In this document: piece after piece, positions 14,426 through 23,816 of the stretch
How positions within the stretch are numbered: position 1 is the first letter of the stretch
Layout: the number at the start of each line of letters is the position of its first letter
Assembly: GCA_046726415.1 (NCBI GenBank)
Contig: JBKPAK010000333.1
Span: 1-24,011 of the forward strand
Source of the DNA: Candidatus Methylomirabilota bacterium
Lineage (GTDB): Bacteria > Methylomirabilota > Methylomirabilia > Rokubacteriales > CSP1-6
DNA: 24,011 nt
Direction: 5' to 3'
Program-made: the position numbers and the translations under genes
The notes under the pieces: generated by a model
Databases searched by the model: none
What the model was told of the DNA's origin: nothing
The model's input: only the letters and a program-made list of their open reading frames with translations

Positions 14426-17400
14426 TCACCGCGTGGCCTGATCTCTCAACTCCGCCTCGGCCTGCTCCAGCCAGAACGGCATCTCCATCTCGCGGTACAT
14501 CGCCGTCGCGGTGGTGAGGTGCTCCTGGGCCCGCTCGCGCTGGCCCGTACGCCGATAGAGCTTGCCGAGGCCCAAGTGGCAGTGGGCGGCCAGGGGTCGC
14601 ATGCCACGTTGGTCGGCGATGGCGAGCGCCTCTTGGTAAGGGGCTCGGGCATCGTCGGCCTCGGCAGGTGCCCGACGCAAGGCAATCTCACCGAGCAGCC
14701 GGAGGACCCACGCTTCCTGTCCGGGAATGCGGTATTCCCGGGCGACGGCGAGGGCCCGGTGCGCGACGGCATGCGCTTCCTCCACCTGCCCGGCGATGAG
14801 GTAGGCCTCGCCGAGAGGAGTCTCGCGAATGAAGATCCACGGCCGCGGAGCGGCGGTCTGCTCCGCCGCGCGCTTTAGCAAGGAGAGAGCCTCCGCGATC
14901 CGGCCCCTTCGAATGTAGGTGGAGCCCATGACCGCCGCGGCGTGGGGGGAGAGGAAAGGCAGATTCGCGGTCTCGCAGAGTTCGAATGCGCGCTCCGCCA
15001 GGGGGGCGGCCCTGTCGAAATCGCCCCTGATGAGACTGAGTCGGGCCATCTCCGTGCACGCGACGGTGAGGGAGTAGGGCTGCCCCACGTTCTCGGCAAT
15101 CCTGATAGCCTCGCCAGCGCCCATGATGCCCTCGGCGAACTCTCCGAGCTCGGCGCTGCACCGCGCGAGGTAGGCGAAGGAGAGCACCGACGGAAGACCC
15201 GTGAGGCCGAAGCGCTCGCGGAGGAAATCGCCCGTGAGAGCAGCGATATTCCTGCGGCAGTGATCCTTCGCCCCACGAAAGTCCCCAAAGGTGAAGCTGG
15301 CCTGCGCCAGGAAGAAGTTCGCGACGATCTGGAGGCCGAAATCCTCGAGGTCTGACCCGATCGCGAGGGCACGCTGCCCGGCCTCGGCAGCCCGTTCCAT
15401 CTCGCCATTCCACCCGAAGTACTGCGTCAGATACACGCTGACCCAGCCGAGCCGACGCCGATCATCGCTCCTCGCGGCGATCAGCTCGGCTTCTTGAAGG
15501 TAGTCGAGCACACGCTGGTGCTCGCCGAGCGTCTGGAGCGCCTGGCGAAGCTCGAAGCGGAGATCGATCGCCTGCTCGACCGTGTCGCGACTGTCTGGGA
15601 GGTGTTGGAGGGCGGCCATCGCTTGCTCGAAGGCCGCTGCGGCCTCGCGGTGCGCGGAGCGCGAGAGCGCCTTGGCCCCCACCCGGCGAAGGTAGGCGAC
15701 CGCCGAATCCCAACGGCCTCCACGGAGAGCATGATGCGCGAGCGCATCGAGGTGCGCGACAAGACGGTCGCGGTACAGCCGCTCGATGGCGTCCTGGACC
15801 CGCGCGTGGAGGGCACTCCGACGACTCTGAAGCAGGCTGCCGTAGGCGACCTCATGGGTGAGCGCGTGCTTGAAGGTGTACTCGAGGTCGGGAAACAAAC
15901 TCGCTTCGTAGAGGAATTCCGTCGCCTGCAGGTGGGTGAGGCCGTGTCGCAACTCTTCCTCCTCCTGATCAGACACGGCCTGGAGCAGCGCAAACGGCAC
16001 ATCCTTGCCGATGACCGAGGCGGTCTGCAGGAGATGCTTGTCCTCCGCTGCCAGCCGATCGATCCGCGCGGCCAGGATGGCCTGCACGGTGGCGGGGATT
16101 TTTAGCTGTTCGACGGGCCTGGTGAGCCGGTAGGCGCCGCGCTCGCCGGCGAGAGTCGCCATCTCGTCCAGGGCCCGCACACTTTCCTCGAGGAAGAGAG
16201 GATTCGCCTCCGTCCACTGGACCAGGAGCCGCTTGAGCGGGCCGAGCGCCGCGTCAGGACCGAGCAGGGCATCGAGCAACTCGTCGGCGCTCTCGGGCGG
16301 CAGGGGATCGATGCGGAGCTCACGGTAGTAGGTCTTGCCGCCCCAGGCGTGCCGGTACTCGGGGCGGTAGTTGACGAGGAGCATCAGGCGCGCTGCGGGC
16401 AGTCTTTCGACGAGGCTGCCGAGCAAGGTCTGGGTCTCGCCGTCGATCCAGTGCAGATCCTCGAAGACCACCACCAGAGGCTGGACCTCGCTCTCGCGCA
16501 GCAGCAGGCGCGTGACCGCGTCGAGCGTCTGCTGGCGTCGCTGGAGCGGATCGAGGGCTTGCCAGGACGCCTCGTCCACCGCCACGTCGAGGAGTGCCAG
16601 GAGGGCGGGGGCGGCGGGCCCGAGCGCCGGCGCCAAGGTCAGGACCTTCCCCGTGACCTTCTCGCGAACCTTTCGCGGGTCGTCGCGGCTCTCGATCCCG
16701 AAGTAGCCGCGGAGCAGCTCGATCACAGGCAGGTAGGCGCTGGCCGTGCCGTAGGAGACTGAGGCGGACTGCAAGATCAGCCAGTCGTGCACGCGGTGCG
16801 ACTGGGTGAACTCCCAGAACAGACGCGACTTGCCCACGCCCGGCTCCCCGACCACGGCGACCACCTGGCCGTGCCCGAGACTCGCCCGGTCGAGCGCCTC
16901 GCGGAGCTGCTCGAGCTCCGCGTTCCGACCGACGAAGCGCGTCAGCCCCCGGCGCGCCGCGGCCTCGAGGCGGGTGCGGGCGGCGCTGGCCCCCACCAAC
17001 TCGAACACCTCGACTGGCTCGCCGAGGCCTTTGATCGGCACCGGGCCGAGCGGGGTGACCTGAACGAAGCCCTCGGCCAGGCCGAGCGTCCCGGCGGTAA
17101 GCCGGATGCGGCCGGGCGCCGCGAGCTGCTCCATGCGCGCGGCCAGGTCCGCCGTCTGGCCGACCGCCGTGTAATCCATGCGGAGATCGCTGCCGATCGA
17201 GCGCACCACGACGTCTCCCGAGTTGACGCCGACGCGAATCTGCACCTCCACGCCCTGCTCCCGGCGCAGCTCATCCGAGTAGCGCCGCACGCTGTCCTGC
17301 ATTCTGATGGCCGCATAACACGCCCGCACGGCGTGGTCCTCGTGCGCGAGCGGCGCGCCGAACAGGGCCATGATGCCGTCGCCCATGACATGGTTGACCG

Positions 17401-17791
17401 TGCCCTCGTAGCGGTGCACAGCCTCCATCATCAGCTCCAGGACGGGATCGAGAATCTTGCCGGCCTCCTCGGGATCGCGGTCGGCGAGCAGCTCCATCGA
17501 GCCCTTGAGATCCGCGAAGAGGACGGTGACCTGCTTGCGCTCGCCCTCGAGTGCGGCCTTGGAGGTCAGGATTCTCTCGGCGAGGTGCTTGGGGGTGTAG
17601 GTGTCAGGGGAGGTGAACTTTGTTTGGGCAGGCTGCTCAGCGCCGAGACGAGCGCCACATCCTCCACAGAACTTGTCGCCCGGCTCCTTGGTGAAGCCGC
17701 ACGACGGACAGGCGGAAGCCAGGCCGGCGCCGCACCTCGAGCAGAAGCGGCGGCCCTCACGGTTCTCGTGCTGGCACCGGGCACACCTCAT
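14426..17791 (-). CDS. Double zinc ribbon + class III adenylate/guanylate cyclase + STAND/AAA ATPase + TPR-like protein (paralog 1)
   Basis: Four CxxC pairs at the N-terminus; ERKQVTVLFADLKGS and MGDGIMALFGAP (cyclase); GEPGVGKS Walker A; VVVFEDLHWID Walker B; helical repeat C-terminus. AGGAGG RBS. Confidence 0.92.
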   Translation of the reverse strand: MRCARCQHENREGRRFCSRCGAGLASACPSCGFTKEPGDKFCGGCGARLGAEQPAQTKFTSPDTYTPKHLAERILTSKAALEGERKQVTVLFADLKGSMELLADRDPEEAGKILDPVLELMMEAVHRYEGTVNHVMGDGIMALFGAPLAHEDHAVRACYAAIRMQDSVRRYSDELRREQGVEVQIRVGVNSGDVVVRSIGSDLRMDYTAVGQTADLAARMEQLAAPGRIRLTAGTLGLAEGFVQVTPLGPVPIKGLGEPVEVFELVGASAARTRLEAAARRGLTRFVGRNAELEQLREALDRASLGHGQVVAVVGEPGVGKSRLFWEFTQSHRVHDWLILQSASVSYGTASAYLPVIELLRGYFGIESRDDPRKVREKVTGKVLTLAPALGPAAPALLALLDVAVDEASWQALDPLQRRQQTLDAVTRLLLRESEVQPLVVVFEDLHWIDGETQTLLGSLVERLPAARLMLLVNYRPEYRHAWGGKTYYRELRIDPLPPESADELLDALLGPDAALGPLKRLLVQWTEANPLFLEESVRALDEMATLAGERGAYRLTRPVEQLKIPATVQAILAARIDRLAAEDKHLLQTASVIGKDVPFALLQAVSDQEEEELRHGLTHLQATEFLYEASLFPDLEYTFKHALTHEVAYGSLLQSRRSALHARVQDAIERLYRDRLVAHLDALAHHALRGGRWDSAVAYLRRVGAKALSRSAHREAAAAFEQAMAALQHLPDSRDTVEQAIDLRFELRQALQTLGEHQRVLDYLQEAELIAARSDDRRRLGWVSVYLTQYFGWNGEMERAAEAGQRALAIGSDLEDFGLQIVANFFLAQASFTFGDFRGAKDHCRRNIAALTGDFLRERFGLTGLPSVLSFAYLARCSAELGEFAEGIMGAGEAIRIAENVGQPYSLTVACTEMARLSLIRGDFDRAAPLAERAFELCETANLPFLSPHAAAVMGSTYIRRGRIAEALSLLKRAAEQTAAPRPWIFIRETPLGEAYLIAGQVEEAHAVAHRALAVAREYRIPGQEAWVLRLLGEIALRRAPAEADDARAPYQEALAIADQRGMRPLAAHCHLGLGKLYRRTGQRERAQEHLTTATAMYREMEMPFWLEQAEAELRDQATR

Positions 17792-17796
17792 CCAGG

Positions 17797-17856
17797 CCTC
17801 CTGACCGCTGGCGCGATGGGCATCGAGCCACTGTACCCTAGTCGTGATTCTCTGAG
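17797..17856 (-). promoter_or_regulatory. Conserved 60-bp leader of cyclase paralog 1 (RBS plus putative promoter/operator)
   Basis: 47 of 60 bases are identical, ungapped, to 21414-21473. Contains GACTAGGGTA and CAGGAGG on the minus strand. Confidence 0.65.
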
Positions 17857-18039
17857 GTGATGGCGCTCGACGCCGAGATCAGTACGTCGCGGTCACAGAT
17901 ACAGCAATATCAGTTCCTCTGCGAGGTTCGGCACTGTCACGTTCAGCCCCGCCGGGATCGCCAGGTTGTCGAAGTAGGGCGGGAACGTACCGGCCGGGTC
18001 GGAGGCGCACGGTGATAGCAGTCCTGGCCGAGGGCTTGC

Positions 18040-21000
18040 TCATTGCGGCGGCTGATCTTCCAGCTCAGCCTCCGCCCGCTCCAGCCAGAAGCGCATGTCC
18101 ATTTCGCGGTACATCGCCGTCGCGGTGGTGAAGTGCTCGAGGGCCTGCTCCCGCTTACCGAGGCGCCGGTAGATCCGGCCGAGGCCGAGGCGACAGTGGG
18201 CGACGAGCGGTCGCATGCGGAGCTGGCCGGCCAGCCCCAGAGACTCTTGGTAGAGGTGGGTGGCTTTCGCGATATCCGGTGGCTCGCTGTGGTGAGCGAA
18301 GTCGCCGATGAGTCGGAGGGCCCACGCCTCCCAGCCTCGCTCGCCCCGGTGCCTGGCCTGCTCTAGTGCCCGCAGCGCGGTCTGCGCCACTTCCGGGATT
18401 TGCCGAGCCAGGAGGCCAGCCTCGCCCAGGAACAGCAAGGGGAAGGAGAACGGGACGGATCGACTGAACGTTGCGGGCTCGACGCTCTCCCTGAGAAGAG
18501 AGAGCCCTTCCATGACTCTGCCTTGAAGCGCGCGAGCGTAGCCCAGTGTGGAGAGCAGTTGCGCGAGCAGCGCCGGCATCTCCACCTTCCGACACAGCGC
18601 GAGGCCGCGCTCGAGGAGCACGACGGCGTGATCGAGCTCTCCCTTGCGAAGGTGGAGGTACCCGGTCGTGAAGCGAGCCATGGCCAGGCTGTATGGGTGA
18701 TCAGCTTCCTCCGCGATCTGGACCGCCTCCGCCCCCCGGACGGTGCCCTCCGGGAAGCCCCCGAGCTCGGCAAGGGACCAAACCAGAAAGCAGCGCGAGA
18801 AGACAGAGGGCAACCCGATCAGCCCGAACAGTGCCCGCTTGAGCTCTCCTTCGAGGACAGCGACGTTCGAGCGAAGGCAGGCCACCGCCTCCTCGTAGCA
18901 GCCCCACCCGTGGTAGCCCTGGCCAAGCCGGAGGTTGGCGGTCACCTGAAGCGGGAGGTCGCCATGCTTCTCCGCGACCGCAAGCGCGTGGAGCCCCGCG
19001 GAGACGGCCTGTTCTGGGGTGCCCTCGCGCCAAAAATAGTTGCTCATGTACGCGCCGACCCAGCCCAGGCGTCGCTCGTCGCCGAGCGCGCGGGCGAGGC
19101 GTTCGGCCTCCTGCAGGTGTTCCAAGATTCGTCCGTGCTCGCCGAGCGCGAAGAGCAGGTTGCGGAGCTCGAAACGGAGATCAATCGCCTGGGCAAGAAC
19201 GTCGGCGGCCTGGGGGAGCCTGGCCAAGACACCGAGGGCATCCTCGAGCCAGCCGGCCCCTTCGCGAAAGGCAGAGCGGCTGGAAGCCTTGTCGCCGGCT
19301 TGGCGTGCGTAGCGCCAGGCCTTCTCCCATGCCTCGGCCCGCAGGGCATGGTGGGCGAGCCGCTCGACCTGCTCGGCCAGTCGTTCTGGATAGAGCGCCT
19401 CGATCGCCTGGACGATCCTCGCGTGGAGAGCTCGGCGGCGCTCCTGAAGCAGGCTCCCGTAGGCGACATCGTGGGTCAGCGCGTGCTTGAAGGTGTGCTC
19501 GGCATCGGGAAAGAGGCTCGTCTCGTAGAGGAACTCGGCCGCCTGAAGATCAGCGAGACCCTTGCGGAGATCCTGCTCGTCTTCCTCCACGATCGCTTCA
19601 AGCAGGGCGATTGGCACGTCCTTGCCGATGACGGAAGCCGCCTGGAGCAGGTGCTTTTGCTGCACCGGGAGGAGGTCTATCCGTGCGGCCAGCAACGCCT
19701 GCACAGTCGCCGGAACGTGGATCGCCCGGGCGTCCGCGACCAGGCGGTACGCGCCGCGCTCGCCCTCCAACGCTTTCGTCTCGATGAGCGTTCGCACGCA
19801 CTCCTCGAGAAAGAAGGCGTTGCCCTCGGTGCGCTCGATCAGCAGGCGCCTGAGCGGCTCCAGTGAGCGATCTTCGCCCAGCAGGGCGTCGAGGAGCTCC
19901 TCGGCGCTCTCGAGGGGCAGTGCGGTCACCCGGAGCTCGTTGTAGTAGCTCTTCCGGCCCCAGTCGTGCTGGTACTCGGGGCGATAGTTGACGAGCAGGA
20001 GAATGCGGCTGGTCGAGAGACTCTCGACCAGCAGGTTCAGGACGGCTTGCGTCTCCGAGTCGATCCAGTGGAGGTCCTCCAAGAGGAGCAGGAGGGGCCG
20101 TACCTGGCTCTCGCGCAGCAGGAGCTGCTTGACTGCCTCGAGCGTCCGCTGACGCCTCTGGGGAGGGTCGAGGGCGTCCCACTGCAGGTCCTCGAACGGA
20201 ACATCGAGGAGGGCCAGGAAGGCCGCCAGCGCCGGTTCGAGCAGCGACCGGTCGAGTGCGAGAAGCCTCTCGACGATCAGCTCTCGAATCTCGTGGTGAC
20301 CGGCTCGGTCTTGAACTCGAAAATAGGTTTTGAGGAGATCGATGATCGGCAGGTAGGCGGTGGTCTTGCCATACGGGACGGCGCCGGCTTCCAGAACAAG
20401 CCATTCCTGCTCGCGGGGTGCGTGCGTGAACTCCCAGCAGAGCCGTGACTTGCCGACCCCCGGCTCCCCCACCGGAGCCACGACCTGACCGTGGCCGGTG
20501 CGGGCGCGCTCGAGGGCCTGGTGCAAGACCTCGAGTTCGGCCTGCCGTCCCACAAAGCGCGTAAGGCCCCGGGCGGCGGCGGCCTCGAAGCGCCTTCGGG
20601 TGGTCCCCACACCGATCAGTTCGAAGACCTCGATGGGATCGGGCAGTCCCTTGACGGGAGTCGCGCCCAGGGCCGTGACCCGGAAGAATCCCTCGGCAAG
20701 AGCCAGAGTGCCCGCAGTCAGGAGAATGGCGCCGGCCCTCGCCATCTGCTCCATGCGGCCCGCCAGGTGCGTCGTCTGCCCGACCGCGGTGTAGTCCATT
20801 TGAAGGTCGCTGCCGATGGAGCGAACGACGACCTCTCCCGAATTCACGCCGACGCGGATGTGAACGGGCATGCCGAGCGTGCGCTGGACCTCTCGGGCGT
20901 ATTGCTTCACCGACTCTTGCATCCGCAGCGCGGCGTAACAGGCTCGTACGGCATGATCTTCATGGGCGAGCGGAGCGCCGAACAGCGCCATGATTCCGTC

Positions 21001-21408
21001 GCCCATCACTTGGTTGACCGTGCCCTCGTAGCGGTGGACGGCTTCCATCATCCGCTCCAGCACTGGGTCGAGAATCGTGCGCGCCTCTTCGGGGTCACGG
21101 TCGGCGAGCAATTCCATCGAGCCCTTGAGGTCGGCGAAGAGGACCGTTACCTGCTTGCGCTCGCCTTCCAGGACGGCCTTGGAGGTGAGGATCTTCTGGG
21201 CGAGGTGTTTTGGAGTGTACACGTCGGGGGATTGAGGCCTCGTCGGGGAGGTCCCAGCTCCCAAGGTCGCCCCGCACTCCCTGCAGAACTTGTCCGCGGG
21301 AGCGTTGGCCGTTCCGCACGCCGAGCAGACGGCCGCAAGCTGCGCCCCGCACTCGCCGCAGAATTTCATCGACGCGGCATTCTCGTGCTGGCACCTGGGA
21401 CACCTCAT
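18040..21408 (-). CDS. Double zinc ribbon + class III cyclase + STAND/AAA ATPase + TPR-like protein (paralog 2), 1122 aa
   Basis: Same architecture and motifs as paralog 1. Likely start ATG 21408 (MRCPRCQHEN) after AGGAGG, not 21567. Confidence 0.92.
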   Translation of the reverse strand: MRCPRCQHENAASMKFCGECGAQLAAVCSACGTANAPADKFCRECGATLGAGTSPTRPQSPDVYTPKHLAQKILTSKAVLEGERKQVTVLFADLKGSMELLADRDPEEARTILDPVLERMMEAVHRYEGTVNQVMGDGIMALFGAPLAHEDHAVRACYAALRMQESVKQYAREVQRTLGMPVHIRVGVNSGEVVVRSIGSDLQMDYTAVGQTTHLAGRMEQMARAGAILLTAGTLALAEGFFRVTALGATPVKGLPDPIEVFELIGVGTTRRRFEAAAARGLTRFVGRQAELEVLHQALERARTGHGQVVAPVGEPGVGKSRLCWEFTHAPREQEWLVLEAGAVPYGKTTAYLPIIDLLKTYFRVQDRAGHHEIRELIVERLLALDRSLLEPALAAFLALLDVPFEDLQWDALDPPQRRQRTLEAVKQLLLRESQVRPLLLLLEDLHWIDSETQAVLNLLVESLSTSRILLLVNYRPEYQHDWGRKSYYNELRVTALPLESAEELLDALLGEDRSLEPLRRLLIERTEGNAFFLEECVRTLIETKALEGERGAYRLVADARAIHVPATVQALLAARIDLLPVQQKHLLQAASVIGKDVPIALLEAIVEEDEQDLRKGLADLQAAEFLYETSLFPDAEHTFKHALTHDVAYGSLLQERRRALHARIVQAIEALYPERLAEQVERLAHHALRAEAWEKAWRYARQAGDKASSRSAFREGAGWLEDALGVLARLPQAADVLAQAIDLRFELRNLLFALGEHGRILEHLQEAERLARALGDERRLGWVGAYMSNYFWREGTPEQAVSAGLHALAVAEKHGDLPLQVTANLRLGQGYHGWGCYEEAVACLRSNVAVLEGELKRALFGLIGLPSVFSRCFLVWSLAELGGFPEGTVRGAEAVQIAEEADHPYSLAMARFTTGYLHLRKGELDHAVVLLERGLALCRKVEMPALLAQLLSTLGYARALQGRVMEGLSLLRESVEPATFSRSVPFSFPLLFLGEAGLLARQIPEVAQTALRALEQARHRGERGWEAWALRLIGDFAHHSEPPDIAKATHLYQESLGLAGQLRMRPLVAHCRLGLGRIYRRLGKREQALEHFTTATAMYREMDMRFWLERAEAELEDQPPQ

Positions 21409-21413
21409 CGAGA

Positions 21414-21473
21414 CCTCCTGGCCGCTGGGGGAAACTGGATCGTGCCGCTCTACCCTAGTCATGATGCTCTGAG
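21414..21473 (-). promoter_or_regulatory. Conserved 60-bp leader of cyclase paralog 2
   Basis: Second copy of the element at 17797-17856, at essentially the same distance from the start codon. Confidence 0.65.
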
Positions 21474-21606
21474 TGGGCAAGAAGCCCTCGCGAGGGTACG
21501 CGCGGCGTTCCCGGAACCCCCTTGCCGAACGAACGGCGCGGGCGGTCATGGCGTCAAGCGATCGCACCCGGCTACCGTGTTAACGTGTCGCGGCGGGAGG
21601 GTTCCC

Positions 21607-22386
21607 ATGGCGGAGGCGCCGGTGCTGGTCGAGCGTCGCGGGGCGATCGCGCTCCTGACGCTCAATCGCCCAGACAAACACAACGCGTTGAGCCTAGCGC
21701 TCCTCGCGCGGCTCGAGACCTTGATGCGAGAGCTCGGCGACGATGCGTCGGTGCGCGTCATCGTCATCAGCGGTAACCCGCGGTGCTTCTCGACCGGCAT
21801 GGATCTCGACGACCTCGACGAGGTCAGGGCCGTCGCCGACACGCAACGCGTGCTCGGCCGGGCGCGGGACGCGAACGCTGCGATCGAGCGCTGCCCGCGC
21901 CCGGTGATCGCGGCAATCGCCGGCTGGTGCCTGACCGGTGGGCTCGAGCTTGCGCTCGCCTGCGACATCCGCGTCGCCGCGGACACGGCGCGCTTCGGCG
22001 TGACCAGCGCGCGCATCGGCACGGTGGCCGGCATGGGCGGCACGCAGCGGCTGCCGCGGCTCATCGGTCCCGGCCGGGCGAAGGAGGTCCTGTTCTCGGC
22101 CGAGCCCGTCGACGCCGCCGAGGCGTTCCGTCTGGGAATCGTGAACCGCGTGGTGCCCGCCGGCCAGGAGGTCGAGGCGCCGATCCAGATGGCGCGCCTC
22201 TACGCCACGCGCGCGCCGCTGTCGCTGTGGTTCGCGAAGACCGCGGTGGACGTGGGGCTGACCATGCCGCTCGACGCGGCGCTGGCGTTCGAGATCGGGC
22301 TCACCACCCAGCTCTTCACGACGGAGGACCGCGCCGAAGGGCTGCGCGCGTTCCAGGAAAGGTCCTGTACCCGACCGTGGGCATGA
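21607..22386 (+). CDS. Enoyl-CoA hydratase/isomerase (crotonase) family protein; last few residues replaced at a deletion junction
   Basis: ATG 21607 after GGGAGG; LTLNRPDKHNAL, FSTGMDL, GGLELALACDIRVA, GGTQRLPRLIG and EDRAEGLRAFQE. The usual KRxPxF ending is missing after 22360. Confidence 0.85.
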   Translation: MAEAPVLVERRGAIALLTLNRPDKHNALSLALLARLETLMRELGDDASVRVIVISGNPRCFSTGMDLDDLDEVRAVADTQRVLGRARDANAAIERCPRPVIAAIAGWCLTGGLELALACDIRVAADTARFGVTSARIGTVAGMGGTQRLPRLIGPGRAKEVLFSAEPVDAAEAFRLGIVNRVVPAGQEVEAPIQMARLYATRAPLSLWFAKTAVDVGLTMPLDAALAFEIGLTTQLFTTEDRAEGLRAFQERSCTRPWA

Positions 22387-23183
22387 TGCTGTGTAACCAT
22401 CCGGACTTCGACTTCAAACAGGCGTGCTTCGCCGCGTACAACGAGTGGATCGGCGAGTATGCGTCGGCCCATCCCCACCGCCTGCTGGGCATCGGGCAGA
22501 CCGCGATGCGCTCGGTCGACGACGGGATCCGCGATCTGCAACGCATCAGGGCGCTCGGACTGCGCGGCGTGATGATGCCCGGCAACCCAGGGCTCGCGGA
22601 CTATGACGATCCGATGTACGACCCGTTCTGGGAGGCCGCCGTCGATCTGAAGCTGCCGCTGTCGTTTCACATCCTCACCAGCACCACCGACACGTTCAAG
22701 ACGCGCGGGCCCAAGCTCAACGCCTTCATGTCGATCATCCGCGGCTGCCAGGACATCATCGGCCTCTTCATCTTCGGCGGCGTGTTCGAGCGCCACCCCA
22801 GGCTCAAGCTCGTGTGCGTCGAGGCCGACGCCGGCTGGGTGCCCCACTTCATGTATCGCATGGACCACGCGTACGAGCGGCACCGCTACTGGCTCACCGG
22901 CAGCGCGATCACCCGGCTGCCGAGCGAGTACTTCCGCGAGCACGTGTACACCACGTTCCAGGACGATTGGGTGGCCTTCCAGGTGAAGGACCTCTGCAAT
23001 GTGCGCCGGCTCATGTGGGCGAACGACTTCCCGCACAGCGACTCCACGTGGCCGAACTCGCAGGCCGTGTTGGCCAAGCAGGCCGCGCACCTGACCGAGG
23101 AGGAGCGCGACCTCGTGCTCCACGACAACGTGGTCGAGCTCTACGGACTCGATGCCGCGAACACGGGAGGAGGCGCAAGGTGA
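22361..23183 (+). pseudogene. Amidohydrolase_2 family protein lacking its N-terminal region
   Basis: Begins mid-protein at VLYPTVGMMLCNHPD...AYNEW; contains FHILT, FERHPRLKLVCVEADAGW and LMWANDFPHSDSTWP. The N-terminal metal-binding (D/H)xH segment is absent. Confidence 0.8.
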
Positions 23184-23575
23184 AAGTCGGCATCGCCCTC
23201 AACATGCTCGAGAAGCCCGGCGCTCGGACGCGGCCGTGTTCGCCGAGCACATGGCGCTGGGGGCCAAGACCTACGCGAAGATGAAGGACGAGAACTACCG
23301 GAAGAAGGCCACGGAGTTCTACGAAGATCCAGGTGACGGGTACGCCCGACGACTGCATCCAGCAGGTCGCCGAGCTGCGGCGGCTCACCGGCCTCGATCA
23401 TCTCGTCAGCGAGTTCGCCTTCGGCATGCCGCACGAGGAGGCCGAGCTCAACATGCGCCTCTTCGCGGATCGCGTGGTGCCCGTGCTGCAGCGCGACCCG
23501 GCGTTCACCCGCGTGGAGACCCCGATCGGCGCCGGCGCGCCCGCGTCGGCGCCGGACGTCTTCGCGCCCGCGTAG
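23180..23575 (+). pseudogene. Luciferase-like (LLM) flavin-dependent oxidoreductase with a large internal deletion and frameshifts
   Basis: GTG 23180 overlaps the upstream TGA and follows GGAGG. N-terminus MKVGIALNMLEKPG/RSDAAVFAEHMALG jumps at ~23263 to C-terminal KTYAKMKD...EFY/KIQVTGTPDDCIQQVAELRRLTG...MPHEEAELNMRLFADRVVPVL. Confidence 0.75.
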
Positions 23576-23816
23576 CCCGCCGTGCGCGACGTCGGGATCT
23601 GGGGCAGGCCGGTGCCTGGCACATTCTGGCGCCAGATGTTGGCGGCCGCCGTGCTCGCCGAGGGTCTTGGCCGGTGTCGCGACCAGATGGAGCGCTCCTT
23701 CGATGCGGGCATGCAGGAGATCAGGCTCGTGGGAGAGCGAGCCGCACCGCAACTCCGACCTAAGAGCGCTCCGCGCCGTAGCCCCAAAGGGCTAGCGCGC
23801 GAGCTGGGAGGCTGAC

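Noticed and set aside
20491..21606. N-terminal extension of the 631-aa ORF onto the crotonase
   Set aside because: It is largely antisense to cyclase paralog 2. The start with a GGGAGG RBS is at 21607.
21783..22360. N-terminus of the 466-aa ORF as the amidohydrolase start, or a programmed frameshift fusion
   Set aside because: This is an off-frame reading of the crotonase with no amidohydrolase motifs. Sequence is missing from both genes, so a deletion explains it better than recoding.
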